This document shows, piece by piece, positions 1-12,932 of a stretch of 64,000 nt of DNA. A model generated the notes under the pieces. That model made no database searches and was not told where the DNA came from. It saw nothing but the letters and a program-made list of their open reading frames with translations. The DNA lies in NCBI GenBank assembly GCA_002811645.1, contig PDIP01000008.1:16749-80748 (forward strand), given 5' to 3'. A program made the translations under genes and the position numbers. Source of the stretch: Corallochytrium limacisporum Hawaii. Lineage: Eukaryota > Protista > Pluriformea. Numbering within the stretch: position 1 is the first letter of the stretch; the number at the start of each line of letters is the position of its first letter.

Positions 1-894
1 GGGGGGAGGGGGGCCTTATTCAGCAGTGAATGTATGCGACCAATGATTTTTCCTTCGGCTTCGGCTCCATACCCAACAACAGGAGAGGTCGGGAGCAGGG
101 TCGGTGAGCACGCAGCTGACACGAAATGCCCTTCTCCCGGTACCAAATCAACCGAGAACTTGTCGGTGGGTTCGAAAATGACGCAAAGATTGCGCAGTAT
201 TGGGCCACCTTCTGCGGTGCGTGTGTTTGTGTGCACCGGGCGCACAAGAACACACGCACACATACGCCCGGACGCAAACGGGGGACACTCTCCCTTTAGT
301 AGTGAGGCTATTATCTACCAACCTAATACATTGCGAAGCTTAAAGATCTACGGGGCGATGGGAGGGGGTGTGTGTTGTGTACTGTTCTGTGCCGGTTCCG
401 GTACTTTGGGTACTGATCGGAGGGGCCGTACTGTTTCTTTCGTCACGAGAGAGATTCTCGTGGAGGTACGATAAAACCTTAGACAATACACGCCACACCA
501 CCAACCCCCCCCAAATGAAACAGCGGCATAACGAAGGAATGTGGCAAAAGACAAGCGGAGGTCCAAAGGTGTAGATCAGAGAAGTTTGTATAGATTATGT
601 ATGAATATCCCGCTAATTCAATAATGACTCCTGTGCACAACCCTTCGGGCTGAGCCAGGCTCATGAGACCTCTTCCGGTGCCAGTCAAGCAAGAATTCAT
701 CCTTAAGTGATGTTTGGGTGCGTATAATGGTATTGTCTATGGGAACGTATTGGTGTCAGATGATGGTGTGAGCTGACAGTCGAGAGTACGGTATTTAAGG
801 ATCAACCTTCGGCGGCAAGGTATCCCGACCGGAATGTGTGCTTATTTCACCAATAGAAAGGACGTAAAACTCTGATTCAATCGAGACAGAAATC

Positions 895-2976
895 ATGTTC
901 GGATTGTTTGACTATCTGTCTGGCAAGTCCCAGATGCGCAGCTGTGGTTGTTCTTCCAGCAACGAACTGGGTGGCCACGAGTTCTCGTCGAGATGGGAAG
1001 CCAGCAGTGGAGCTCATAATTCCAAGATCACTGTGTTTGTCGCCAAAGAAATTGTGACCATGGACAAAACATGGCCCAATGCTACCGCTGTGGCGGTCAG
1101 AGACGGCCGCATTCTGAGCGTCGGATCACTCGAAGACTTGGGACCTTGGATGAAGGATTCGTCAAACGTTGTAATCGACCGTTCCTTTGAAGACAAGGTC
1201 ATCATTCCTGGTTTTGTTGAACCTCACATTCACCCATTGATTGGTGGCACCGCCCTTTCTTTGCCATGCATTGCGTACCAGGACACTCCGAACCCGTACG
1301 GCCCTACCATTAAGGGCTGCAAGAGCAAAGCCAGCGCACTGCAGAAGCTTCGGGATGATCTGATCAAGTCAGACCTGCAACCTGACGAACCCTTCCTGGC
1401 ATGGGGTTGGGACGCAGTGGGATGTGGCAACTATCATCTGAATCGCCGTGACCTGGATCAGGTATCCACTGACCGTCCTATTGCCGTGTGGGATTGCAGT
1501 ATGCACTTCTGCTACACCAACACAAAGGCGATTGAAGTGCTAAATCTGAAGCCCAGCCTAGCTAAGACCACTGCTGGTCTGCCCCTTTTCGAGGACGGCA
1601 CGCTTGCTGGATCTTTCCTGGGCGTGGAAGCCATGAAATTGGTGTTGTCCTTCTGGAAGAGGGTGGGTCACGTTGATCGCAGCATTAAGAGCATGCTACA
1701 TCTCATTGAATTGGCCAAGCAGGGGGGTGTGACAACTTGCGCTGAGCTGTTGATGGGGGTTTTCAATATGCAGCTGGAGGAAAACCTATTTGACTTGGTG
1801 TTCAATCATGAAAATGTGCCAATGAGGTGCTGTGTTGTGCAGGGAGGACAGAATTTGGTGGCTAATTCTATGGGCAGCAGTTCCCGAGCCGTTCGTCGCT
1901 TGCGACAAATGCAACAGTACACCACTCCAAAACTCATCTACAACAATGGTGTCAAGTTTATGATGGATGACGCCTTCCTTGGTCTCACAATGTGCCTCAA
2001 TGCCCCGGGCTACATCGACGGACATCAGGGAGTCTGGAACAACGAACCTGGTCGGGAAATTCTGGAGCAAATGCGGCCGTTTTGGAAGGCTGGTTGCCGG
2101 CTGCATGTTCACTCGAATGGTCACGCCTCCCAGGATGGCCTCGCCAAGATCCTCGCCAATCTGCAGGCAGAGCATCCCCGCTTCGACCATCGCTTCTGTT
2201 TCGAGCACTATGGAATGTCGAACGAGGATCTGTCCCGCAAGCTGAAGACACTTGGTGCCAATGCCAGTGTAAATCCATTTTATGTCTGGCATCGTGCTGA
2301 TATCAATGCAGAGCACGTCGGTACTGATGTGGCCCACAGCGCCGCGCGTCTCAAGACCCTCGTCGACATCGGCGTCCCCACTGGTTTGCACACGGATACC
2401 CCGGTAGCTCCACCTCGACCTCTGGAAGAGATGTGGATTGCTGTGAACCGCATTGGACAGAGTGGCCAGTGCAAGACCCCTGATGAGCGGCTCACTCCTT
2501 ACCAGGCTCTGCGCTGCAAGACGGTCGATGCTGCCTATTTGCACGGCCTTGATGATGTCGTGGGCAGCATCCAGGCAGGCAAATTTGCTGATTTCACGGT
2601 CCTCGAAGAGAATCCATTAACTGTGGACCCCATGCATATCCGTGACATTGAAATCTGGGGAACTGTGCTCGGTGGTCGCAAGTTCCCACGGAACGATCTC
2701 ATTGATTTCAGCCTCGAACAGGAGCCGCCTGAGGGAATGTTACCTGGTCTCCTTTGGCTTTTTGCATCTACCGCACAGTCGCCAACGTGGAAGCGCATTA
2801 TCCACTTCCTTGCTGACCTGAAGGGAGTGAAGTATATCAATGCCAACAGCAGTGATCAGCAGGCCAATCGCAACATTCGCAACTTTGATGGCAGCGGCCC
2901 AGGTATGGGATCAAAGCTCACCCTCAGCAGTGTCATCGCCGCTGGTGCCGCGGTAGCTGCGTACTATATGCGCTAG
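895..2976 (+). CDS. Metal-dependent amidohydrolase (Amidohydro_3 / YtcJ-like) with C-terminal hydrophobic tail
   Basis: 693-aa intronless ORF. It shows the N-terminal beta-sandwich (AVAVRDGRILSVG), PGFVEPHIH (HxH), GVKFMMD, HVHSNG, EHY, HTDTP and GSIQAGKFADFTVL, all typical of YtcJ-like amidohydrolases. It ends SSVIAAGAAVAAYYMR. Confidence 0.9.
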   Translation: MFGLFDYLSGKSQMRSCGCSSSNELGGHEFSSRWEASSGAHNSKITVFVAKEIVTMDKTWPNATAVAVRDGRILSVGSLEDLGPWMKDSSNVVIDRSFEDKVIIPGFVEPHIHPLIGGTALSLPCIAYQDTPNPYGPTIKGCKSKASALQKLRDDLIKSDLQPDEPFLAWGWDAVGCGNYHLNRRDLDQVSTDRPIAVWDCSMHFCYTNTKAIEVLNLKPSLAKTTAGLPLFEDGTLAGSFLGVEAMKLVLSFWKRVGHVDRSIKSMLHLIELAKQGGVTTCAELLMGVFNMQLEENLFDLVFNHENVPMRCCVVQGGQNLVANSMGSSSRAVRRLRQMQQYTTPKLIYNNGVKFMMDDAFLGLTMCLNAPGYIDGHQGVWNNEPGREILEQMRPFWKAGCRLHVHSNGHASQDGLAKILANLQAEHPRFDHRFCFEHYGMSNEDLSRKLKTLGANASVNPFYVWHRADINAEHVGTDVAHSAARLKTLVDIGVPTGLHTDTPVAPPRPLEEMWIAVNRIGQSGQCKTPDERLTPYQALRCKTVDAAYLHGLDDVVGSIQAGKFADFTVLEENPLTVDPMHIRDIEIWGTVLGGRKFPRNDLIDFSLEQEPPEGMLPGLLWLFASTAQSPTWKRIIHFLADLKGVKYINANSSDQQANRNIRNFDGSGPGMGSKLTLSSVIAAGAAVAAYYMR

Positions 2977-5900
2977 GGATTGATCACATGCAATTGACAT
3001 TGTTCGAAATACACTCCCTCCATCCTAATTTTTCAATTGCCGTTGTACCAGGGTGTACAAGGACCTAACCCTGGCATCGCCTTGGAAATTGGACTCCCTC
3101 CCTAGTTGACGTGGATACTCCAATTTGGCTGCCAGGAACTTGCACTCTGATGGTTCCTCCTGGCTCTCGATTACTCATATTCCGAAGTCTCCAACGCCGA
3201 GGAGGCATTTGGTATGTGCACGTAACATGGTCACAGATACCATTGCATTGAGCCCACTCACACACACACAATACGCGCCCCGTCCAGTAGTCGATGGATG
3301 TCCCACAGCTACAGATCAGCTATGTTACGTGGATGCATGGCATCAGATGGGTGCCACACAATGAGGAGCTGACCATGGACGTCTTATGCTTTGTGGGCAT
3401 GGAGATGGAATTCACGGACGATTCGACAATTTGAGTGTACCACAAAGAGATGCGGTGATGCGGACGCAGGTCAAGCCCCCTTCCTCTCAGTCCCGCCCGC
3501 CCCCCACCGCTCCGGGGGAGGGGTGCGCGGGGCGGGGTGTTCTTCTGAGTCAACGCCCCAATGTCGGGGAGACCGCAGCATAGTGATTCGCTTTAGCATG
3601 GTTTCTAAACTCAATAGTCGCATGTGCTTGGCCTGAGGGACAGAATGTGTGGTCAGGGGTGAATCCCTCCGCAGTGGTTGCTGTACGGAAAGCTGACTCC
3701 GCTGCTTTAGCGCGTGTAGTAGAACGTCACCAAAGAGTCGTCAGCGATGGGTCGGTATACTATTGCGGCGCAACAATACAATAGGCGTCGGAAGCTTGCG
3801 GGGAATCTCATCAACTTCGAAGCTGGATGGTACCACAACAACGAGCATCGTCAAATCGCGGAAGGGTTGAGGGGGAAACGAGGATAGATGGTTTCAAAGA
3901 GTGAGGGACGCCGTGGCTTTGCTCCCGAATAGAAGGGTACTTCATGTGGTCCGGTCCTTGTGGGTTGCTCGCCCTGGTCGGTAGTATTCATTTCGAATCT
4001 GTCGCATTTCAGTTCTATAGATGGCCGTCGGCGTTTTTGGTGAAGTTTGCTGGGTTTTCTGCACCCCACTCCCCTCGGGTTTCTCCAGGAGGTGGTATCT
4101 TCAGCAAGCGGCACAATGAGAGCAATCCGCGGTGTTTGTCCCGCTGGGCTGACCAGCTAGTGGCTACTCTAGCATTTCCTTCCAAACAGCCAGTCGGCTG
4201 CCACGGGCTTTGAGCCTTGTGTGGAGGTGTGATGAGTGGATTTGAACCAAGAATACGCTACAAAGCTATTTTTGGCATGATCCTTTGAGATCGTTGGTCC
4301 CCTGGACTGCGCCGATAGCACGTCTGACTCTAGAGTTAGACAACTGGGACACCAACGACGTCTGTATTTAGGTCGTTGGTTGGTTGCTCGCCGCGACCTG
4401 GCTTCATGCTACGACGCATCGGAGAAATTATCCCATGACCTAAGCGTTATATTTCACTCACCAATGGCTTTTGCTGTGATAGATAACAGAAGACAGAGAT
4501 CACGCAAACACCCATCTCGGAAAGCAGCACAGAGGACCTGCGATGTAGCTTAGCTTATCCCTGTCTCTTGTTCCCTTTGTTTCTGCTATTCCTCGAAAAA
4601 CCTACGGTTTGTTCAGTTCAAAGTTTGGCTTGCTTCGTGCTGGCCATCGTATGTCTCTGAATGTGTGGGAAATGAAACGAGATATCGCATCCTGAAATAC
4701 AGAAAGAGTTGCAGTTGCAGACATCGTGAAGCGGAGCTTATGACTGCCTCTTTGCCCCCATGTTGTTCTTCGGCGAGACGTGGTGTTTCAACAGCACACG
4801 CATACACCACACGCGGCACACGACAGACTTCGTGCCGCTATCAGACGGCAACAGCTCCTTACGGCCCACAACATTTCCATGAGCCACACAATTCACGGTT
4901 GGTCCAATATTAGAAACTGTCCGGTAATATGGGAAAGATAGCCTGTCCACATCATCTCCTTTATTCTTTCTCGTGTGGAGCGTACGAAGGATCGTGAAGT
5001 GATATGCGTGTAGGGACGGCTTGTGTGCGTCCATTCACAGTGTTGAATGACCATCACGCTGTTGACACACAATCGTGCAGGCAACGGGTATGCATCGTCC
5101 CTTTGTTTTCTGTCACTGTGGTTTAGCCGCGGGTGTTTATCAGCCTTCTCTGCAGTGCAGTGGTGGCATTGGAAGCCGTGAAACTTGACAAAGCTGCTGC
5201 TGCTGATGCTGCCGGAGTGTCCTGCAAGTTTGAGTGGCTGTGAAGCGGTGTGTGTGTCGATGATATGAGCTTTTTCATCTCTGTGCCGTCTGCCTAAGAT
5301 GGAATGAGTATCCTACCAATCGCAGTCCTACCTTGACCCTTTAGACCAATCGTCAGACCGAACAAGTGGCTCTTGCCGTGAATGATTACCTTGCCACTTT
5401 TGAAGTGCAGTCTGCAGCAACCAATGCCACACACAAGAGAGCACTGCTGAGAGAATCCCCGAAATCTCGGGGAGCTGCGACGTAGGCCTGGTCTTTGGTC
5501 TGCTGCCATCGAATTCCCCTCAAGCAGGTTGGTGCTTCTGTCATGAGTTGGTTGGTTTCGGGGTGACTGCTAAAGTTACTGCTCCCATCACACGCTGGCT
5601 GCGCCGGTGAGGAGTGATGACACTCCACTTCTGCACCAGTTCTCCTCTTGCGTTTGGGGTGCTTGTGAGAGATCCCACAAAACGCAGGTCGATTGCCGAG
5701 CTCTCTCTCGAAGGTTTCAAAAGCCAGACCGCAGAGTATACACCCCATCACATTTCTCGTGACCCACAGTGCGGCTCACACTATCTACACTGTTCGCCAC
5801 AGGGTTGGAGATACGCTGTAGACTCAGGTGAGTGCAAGCAAGTCGGTTCACAAACACAACACAACACAACACAGTCACTGAACGCTTGGAGAGTGGACCC

Positions 5901-5989
5901 TGTCAATCCAGTCAGGCACATCACAGTCCGCATCCTCCGGACATGCTCAGAGCCCGTTCATTCAGTACTGGGGTTGTTCACGTGGGTCA

Positions 5990-8000
5990 GGACCAGGAGG
6001 CATCCTTTCCCCCCTGCCCCTCGTCCTTGAACCCACCCTCCCCATTCTTTCCCCCAAGAACCGCGCCATGGCTGAAAACAGCCCGAGGTGACAAAGAGAG
6101 AGAGAGAGAGAGAGAGTGCAGAGGCCCGCAAAGGAAAATGTGAAAAGGGGAAAAAAGGGAAAGGAGCCCCCCCCGGGGGGGGGGGGTGTTTGGAGTCTTG
6201 GGGGTATAGGGCACGGTCCCTCCCCCTTCCTCCTTTCCTTTTTGTTTTCTGTAATACGCTTTTGCCCCAAAGAGGGCAATAAATACCAAAGGTAAAAACT
6301 GAAACGGCCATCGGCAATTCTTTCTCAATTTAAAAAAAGAAATATAAAAGAGAGAGAGGAAAGAGAGTAGGCCAAGGACCACCAGCCAACCGCCCAAAGG
6401 CAAAGGAGGGGGGGTGGGGGAGGGATNNNNNNNNNNNNNNNNNNNNNNNNNNNNNNNNNNNNNNNNNNNNNNNNNNNNNNNNNNNNNNNNNNNNNNNNNN
6501 NNNNNNNNNNNNNNNNNNNNNNNNNNNNNNNNNNNNNNNNNNNNNNNNNNNNNNNNNNNNNNNNNNNNNNNNNNNNNNNNNNNNNNNNNNNNNNNNNNNN
6601 NNNNNNNNNNNNNNNNNNNNNNNNNNNNNNNNNNNNNNNNNNNNNNNNNNNNNNTAATGTTAAAAAAGTAATAACAAATATATGTACACCAAACCCAAAA
6701 GGCAAATAAGTCAACAAAAAAAATTCACCAGTCTGACTTTAAAAAGGAAAAAAACTAGACAGCAGCGGCGAAGAGAGGCACAGAAGGGGGCCCCCGGGGA
6801 AAGGGGCGGTTGGGGGAGAACCGCACGGGAATGGAGAGCACGGGGGGAACCAGGCAGCTGTGGAGAGGCGAGATGATGACGATGGTGAGGCCCAAGACGA
6901 CAGCAACACACACACGCACACACACGCACACACAATGCAACACCCGTAGACAACAACGATGTCATAAGCAAGCACACATACCCACACACACACACCCCAG
7001 AGGGACCCCTGATCGCAAAATAGTGCTACCCTTCCTCTTTCCTCCGGCGCCTCCTCCCTGCCCCCCCTCTCCGTTTCCTCGATCAACAGAAACCCAACCC
7101 CCCCCTCGCTTAGCCAGCAACTCCCCAAAATCAGTACTGGTTATATGGTGTTTTTATGGTATATCGCAATACTTTCGTTATTTTAGTACAAATTCTTGCT
7201 CTCCGTCGTTATTCTTTGTTTTCTTGGTCCCGTAATTCACGGAAGGGGCTCGGCCCACCCCGTCAGAGCGTAGGTGTACCAACGCGTCGCACTGGGCACA
7301 GCCAATACCTATGACAATGAGCCCGTACCAATTGGCGGGGAGCAGTAACAAATATGGCAGATTCAGAGACCCAAGAGAGAGAAGAGACACAGAGAGAGAG
7401 AGAGGGAGGGAGGGAATAAATACAGCGAGACAGAGAGTGTGGGGGGGGGGGCTGATCCTGGGCCCTGGGACTCCCAGCCCCCCTCCCCCTTTGTCCAGAA
7501 CGGCGACAGGGGCAGGTACCAAAATAGATTAAATAGAAAAAGTAAACGAAAAAAAAATATATAGTAAAAAATTGGGTGACTGTGGTACTTCACCCCCGCA
7601 GCAGTTTTAGTTCTCCTTGCCTTCCACTCTGGCACACAGCAAAAGAAAAAAAAATGAGACGAAAAAAGCCAGGAGGCTTTATATCCGTCAGGATTTATAT
7701 TCCCAGAATCGACCTATCTCTGTGTTCCATCCCCCCCCCACCCTTCTCTCATCTCCATCTTTTTATTAAACGATAGCGGGCAAAAGGGGGGATTCCCCTT
7801 TTATGTTCGGCTTTCACTCATCACCCCGTTGCCCGCCCCCCAAAAAATGTAGGCCATTCAGTACCACCGGTACTGTCCTTACACCAGAACCACCCCATTC
7901 TTGGTCCCCCCCCCTCTTTTCCACCTTCCCTTTGGGCCTTGTCACGCTTGCCATCAGTGCTGGGTGCAGAGCTTGGGGAGGGGGGGACAAGTTTGGGGGG
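5990..8000. repeat. Low-complexity, microsatellite-rich region ((AG)n, (CA)n, poly-G/C/A)
   Basis: (GA)n at about 6096-6116 and 7375-7410, (CA)n at about 6905-6995, and many G/C homopolymers. Confidence 0.8.
6427..6654. other. Assembly gap (N run) in low-complexity G/A-rich sequence
   Basis: 228 Ns flanked by poly-G and poly-A tracts. Confidence 0.99.
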
Positions 8001-8789
8001 AAAGGAGACCGTTATCAGCAAGTGCAACGTAGAGCTATTCTGGAGGATCTTTGGTACCGTTCTTGCGTACTTTATCCCGGTAATGGAAGTTCAGACAATC
8101 GCTGCGCGAGCAGTCGCATCTGTACAGGAGTGCAAGTCTAGCTGGCTCTTGCACAGGGCATGAGATCCTCAGCATACCCACAGACGTCTTTCAATCCGGG
8201 TGACTTTGCTCGCTGACTCAGTTTCCCTCGCTTAGTACGTCTCCATTATCAACGACATCTATCATGCATGAGTCGTTCGTGAGATCTTAGCATTCATAAA
8301 GCATACGGGTAACCATTGCCCAATACCCAAATACCGTGCCCGTGCTTACTCGACTGCTGATCATATGCTTTCTTCCCCATTCTAATGTCTCCGAGTGTGC
8401 CTCTTGACGTCAAAGACCTTGAGCTAACGTCCAACGTCGTCGGTTTTCAAAATGTCTGGGACCGATTCCTTTGTCTGGCGCGAGTTTCTATCGAATTCTG
8501 GCGTCCTTTGCACGCGATCGATCCCACACATATAGCCCCTATAGGATTCCCTCTGTTCTATCTCTCCTTACTTCCAATGGGGCGCCAAATGTCAAGAACG
8601 AACTGCGAGCAGCCACTGCCTATCCATTGTCACCCGAGTAATTGGTTCTGCGGATTTGCTGAGATCTTGTGCTCGAGTTTGCAATGGTGCCCGTGCGTTC
8701 CCCCGCCATGTTGTTCATGCATAGAGTGTACAAGCCCTCAGGGACAGTGTTTAAGCATGCCCACTACATTCAGAAGAGTGCAAAGTACC

Positions 8790-9700
8790 GTTTTCACCAT
8801 ATCTGTGGATGTCAAAACTGACCTGTACCTCCCCGGATGACGGAGCGGGAAGCTAAAGAGGTGATTAGAAGATCTAGTTGTATGTTCTACACTGTTTGTG
8901 GCTTGTGCAATGGAAGCACTGGGGTTGCTGTGCCAATGGATGGACGTCAGTGACCGAAGGAAGGCTCCCAGACAGCTAAACACAGCCAGAGAATGGCCAA
9001 AGGCCCCATCGTCGCTGCTGCAAGCTAAAGATTTGCGCGTCCCACGGTGATTTGCATCTGCTGCTGCACAATGGCTCCGAAACTTCTACCTCTCCCCAAA
9101 ACAACAAATCTCGTACCCTTGCCGCGCACCTACGTTGACCTGTACAGACCTTTGCAGTATCCTGCTTGCGTCTGGCTTCACCTCGGCCACCCGTCGCACG
9201 ACTACCTTGCCGATCAGCCACTCAACACCCAAGATCGAGCTGAAAAGCGCTGATACACCGTATTTCTGTATCGTCCATTGGTGGACTGTTGAACACAGTA
9301 GGATCCTAGCCAGCTTCATTTTGCCTACAAAACCAACGGGCACTAAACGAGAGTTAGAGCTGCACCCACAAATTCGAATGCCACGCGTGATATGGCCCTT
9401 TGCCCGAAAATACCCGTCGACGCTTGCAGGCCCACTAAGTCATCGCATCTCAGTCACCCGATTGTCTCACACAGGCAGTGCACCCTGATGGCCATGCTAT
9501 GGCTCATGTGCTGCAGAGCTCGATCGCTGCGCAACTGTACCCATGGGCGCCGGAGTTCAGCCTTCCTGTATGTAGTCTGAATGATACCGACGTATACAAT
9601 ATCACCGCACTCAACGCTACCGCATCGTCAAAGTGAAATGTCCATTACACAGGTCCGGATTGCTACCAGCCTGCTCGTCCAGTCGCCACCAGATATCGAC
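8790..9700 (+). mobile_element. Possible highly decayed Ty1/copia pol remnant (GAG-pre-integrase/integrase)
   Basis: Collinear fragments in different frames: DVKTDLYLPG (cf. LxDVLYVP), DLYRPL..VWLHLGHPS (cf. LY.L..WHxRLGHPS), TKRELELH (cf. TxPLELVH), RIATSLLVQS (cf. ARSMLxQS). Many stops and frameshifts; no LTRs seen. Confidence 0.3.
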
Positions 9701-11089
9701 TCTATGACCCTTGAAGGTTGTTTGACATGGTCCCTTTGACACATTTACACAGCCGGCTGTGAAACATTAAGATGGACACACCAGGCCACAGGAGCGACGC
9801 ACTTTGACGATCGCTTGCTCACTTTTTTTGTCACCACCCATATGCAGTGCCTGTTATGTCCATACTTTGAGCTCGCGCTGACACTTTTTTACGGCTGACA
9901 CACTAGCCACGGACCAATGTGCACGGGTCGCGCTGTTGGAAAGACGCCATCAGTCGTTAGTTCGAGCGTTAAAGGAGACGGGCAGGGGAGGCGGGACAGA
10001 GGGCGGGGGACGGGGACATAGGGCAGCGAAGGGTGGCCCACCCAGCGGCGGACATGGTACTCGCATCCCAGTCGGAGCGGTACGGATCTCTGTGCAATGT
10101 GTTTGTGTACAACTGCGAACAGTGTTTAGTAGCTTGATCATTCTAGATAGCGGTGTTGTAGAGTACTCCGCTACCAACTGTCAAGAGACTCCCGAAACTA
10201 CCCAGGCTCATGCCTTCAATATGGGAGATTTCTTAGCTTCCATATGAGTGTATCATGATTCACTAGGACACTAACGAGCATGTTAATTGGTGGATGGGGA
10301 AAACCGTTACCAGCAATGATTACAAATGGAGGCCTATTTGTATACACTGTCGAGAAGTTTTCATTAGGCTATCTCTGAGTGCCATCATCGTCGGCTAGCG
10401 CAGGTGGTCAATGTGGCTGAACAGGAGATACTCAGATCCCGCAGACACATCCTTCCCGCCCAACGAATTCAAATCCTTTCTTTTTGCCACAATGGGCCAT
10501 GCATGGTAAGCGAGTGTCATCAGTAGAAGCATTTTCATACAGAGCGCAGTGAATGTCCATGGCCACCGGTAAATACACCTCACGTAGAATGAAAGAGTTC
10601 CAGTACGTTTCAGATCCTCAGGTAATAGCCATGTATTGATGTTGATGTCGGTGATGTAAGATGATCTCATTAGTATAGGCGTAATCACCTACTATACCGT
10701 CATTGACCAAGGCAACGGACCCAGATTGTACCCACTCATGCGGGTGACCTTCTGCAAGGATGGATGGAATTGTGCAAACTGAGATTCACTGATCGGACTC
10801 AAGTCCATGCAACCAAAGACACACCCACTGATACTTCCTTGGGGTGTCAGTGTCTATCTCTCGCTTTCTCTCGTTACTCACACAACGGATCAGACTATTT
10901 GCCCTGTGCAGCAACGAAAGTTGTCAGACGGCCAACCGCGCATGTGGTGCTCGGCCAGGTGCCTCGCGAATGAGCATTCGTGTTACTAATCGTGCCCGCC
11001 ACCCCGTGATTCGCGCTGCGCGCTGCCATCATTTGCAACACTGTTTCCCCCAATAACCTCCAGCTCAGTCAGCCCACGCATACTTTTTG

Positions 11090-12460
11090 AACCAATTTTT
11101 TCCTTCCGTTTTCATTTTCCCGTGTTCCACAATTCCTTCCTTCGCGTTTCCTTCCTTTCCGTTGCGTGGTCACTTCGAGCCGCTGTTCCACCGGAGCCTG
11201 CGTCCTTTCCCTACTTTTTCTTCTCTGTCTCTCTCTCTGTCTCTCTCCCTGTCTCCCTCGCTGTGTCGCTCTCTCTCTTCAAGTCCCATTCTCCTTGTCC
11301 AAGTTTTTCTCGGCGCTTGTGGTGCTTGCTCTGCCCTTTCTTTCTTTTTCTTTTTTTTCCTTTCTTTCTCGTTCTTTCCCCTTTTTCTTTGCAGGCTTTG
11401 TCGCTTTGCCCTTCCCTCCTTCCCCTCCGGGGCCAGGGGGCAGAAGGCGCCCGGCGCCCCGCCCGGGGGGGGGGGGGGGGGGGGGGGGGGGCGGGCATGG
11501 CACGACACGTCAATCACGAAGCAAGCACACGGCAATCACGAAGCTAATGTACGGTAAAAAGGGAATCGACGGGGAGGTTGTGTGTGGTTTTTGTGTTGGT
11601 TCTTCCGAATGTGTGTGACTGGTACCCAAACACGGCTTCCTGTCTTTGCCTTGGCCTCTGATCACTCACACACATCAATAAAATAACCAACCACCACCAC
11701 CACCACCAACTCTCTCCGAGTGATCGGATGAATCAATCACCGGGCGGGGTAATGATTTGAAAAGGGGAAGGGGGTTCCCGTTTCTCCTCTTGTCGTTCCC
11801 TCTGTGTGTGTGTGTGTCGCTCTCTCGCTGCTCTCGCTCTCGCTCTTGCTCGGTCGCGCTCTCGGTACCCGCTTCTCTTGCGCTCGCCCTCTCACTGTTC
11901 CCTATCCTTGCCAAGGTACCTGACAGGCTCTTCTCCCGCTGGGCGCCCCGGGTTCTATTTTTTAACCGCTCCCTCCCCTCCCGCGCCCCCCCACCCCACC
12001 CCCGGGTTCCCTTTTTTTTCGCCGCACTTTTTTAGTTTATCCCTCCTTTTCTTTTTTTAATTCTTTGGGCCATGTTCCATGCCACCACCCCCTCCCCCTG
12101 CCGGGAGAGAAGGGCGCGCGCGCAACAAAAGAATAGAAGAAAAAAAAAATAGGGAAAAAGAAAAAAAAAAACGAACAGAGAGAGAGAGAGAACAGCGGCT
12201 CTTTGCCAAGGGGCCTTGCGGGGAAGGAAGGAGAGGGAAGGGAAGGGAAGGGGGGGTGTCAGTTTTTTGGTGGAGGGGGGGTGGGGTGGATGGAGAGAGA
12301 ACCGGGCGAGAGAGTTTTGTGGTGGTGGTGGTGGTGTGCCGGAAAGGGCGCGAGCTTTGAGCGATGTGCTCTGTGTTGTGAACGTGAAAGTGTAGCCTCC
12401 GGTGCGGCTCCTCGGTTGGTGCGGTGCATAGAGAGAGAGCGAGAGAGCGAGAGATGTGAG
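11090..12460. repeat. Polypyrimidine/polypurine microsatellite region with a 27-nt poly-G tract
   Basis: (CT)n at 11220-11280, G27 at 11465-11491, (CCA)n at about 11690-11707, (GA)n and (GGT)n at about 12175-12450. It lies upstream of the Nudix gene. Confidence 0.8.
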
Positions 12461-12932
12461 TACCGGGTCCTCGAGTGGCCCAAAAAAAGCCACTTTGTAG
12501 GCGCGCGCCAGCGGTGATACAAAAGTGAGGAGCGAGCATCCAAAACCACGATCCTGGGGGCCCTATTTCTGCTTGTTGCACGCAGGGCGTATGTGTGCCA
12601 TGTTTGGGCGGCGCACGGTAGCGATGCAACGCAGCTGCCGGGCCGGAAAACAAAAATCTACGGTGCCTATCAGAGCACCTCCATCAGCAGCAAAATATTC
12701 ATCACATGGCTTCAACTGATCAGATCGGCGGTGGTCTCCGCGCCTAGCCACGGCTCGCAACATATGGATTTTGTGAACTAGGAGTTGCTTTGTTCGGGTG
12801 TCTAGCTACTGGAGCTCTTACGCCGGCTATCTGAGGCGAGTGTTCCGTGAGATGGACGAGAGCACAGCATCAGCAGCGCTGCAAGCGACGTAGCTTAGTT
12901 TAAATTTCACACCCTCACAACCGTTTCCAACT

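Noticed and set aside
4225-4290. GGTTCAAATCC (tRNA T-loop/B-box) on the minus strand
   Set aside because: The T-stem has only 3 bp and no cloverleaf or acceptor stem can be built.
11087-12653. Many 100-200-aa ORFs in both strands
   Set aside because: They are translations of microsatellites and homopolymers (poly-G/P, ER, SL, F runs).
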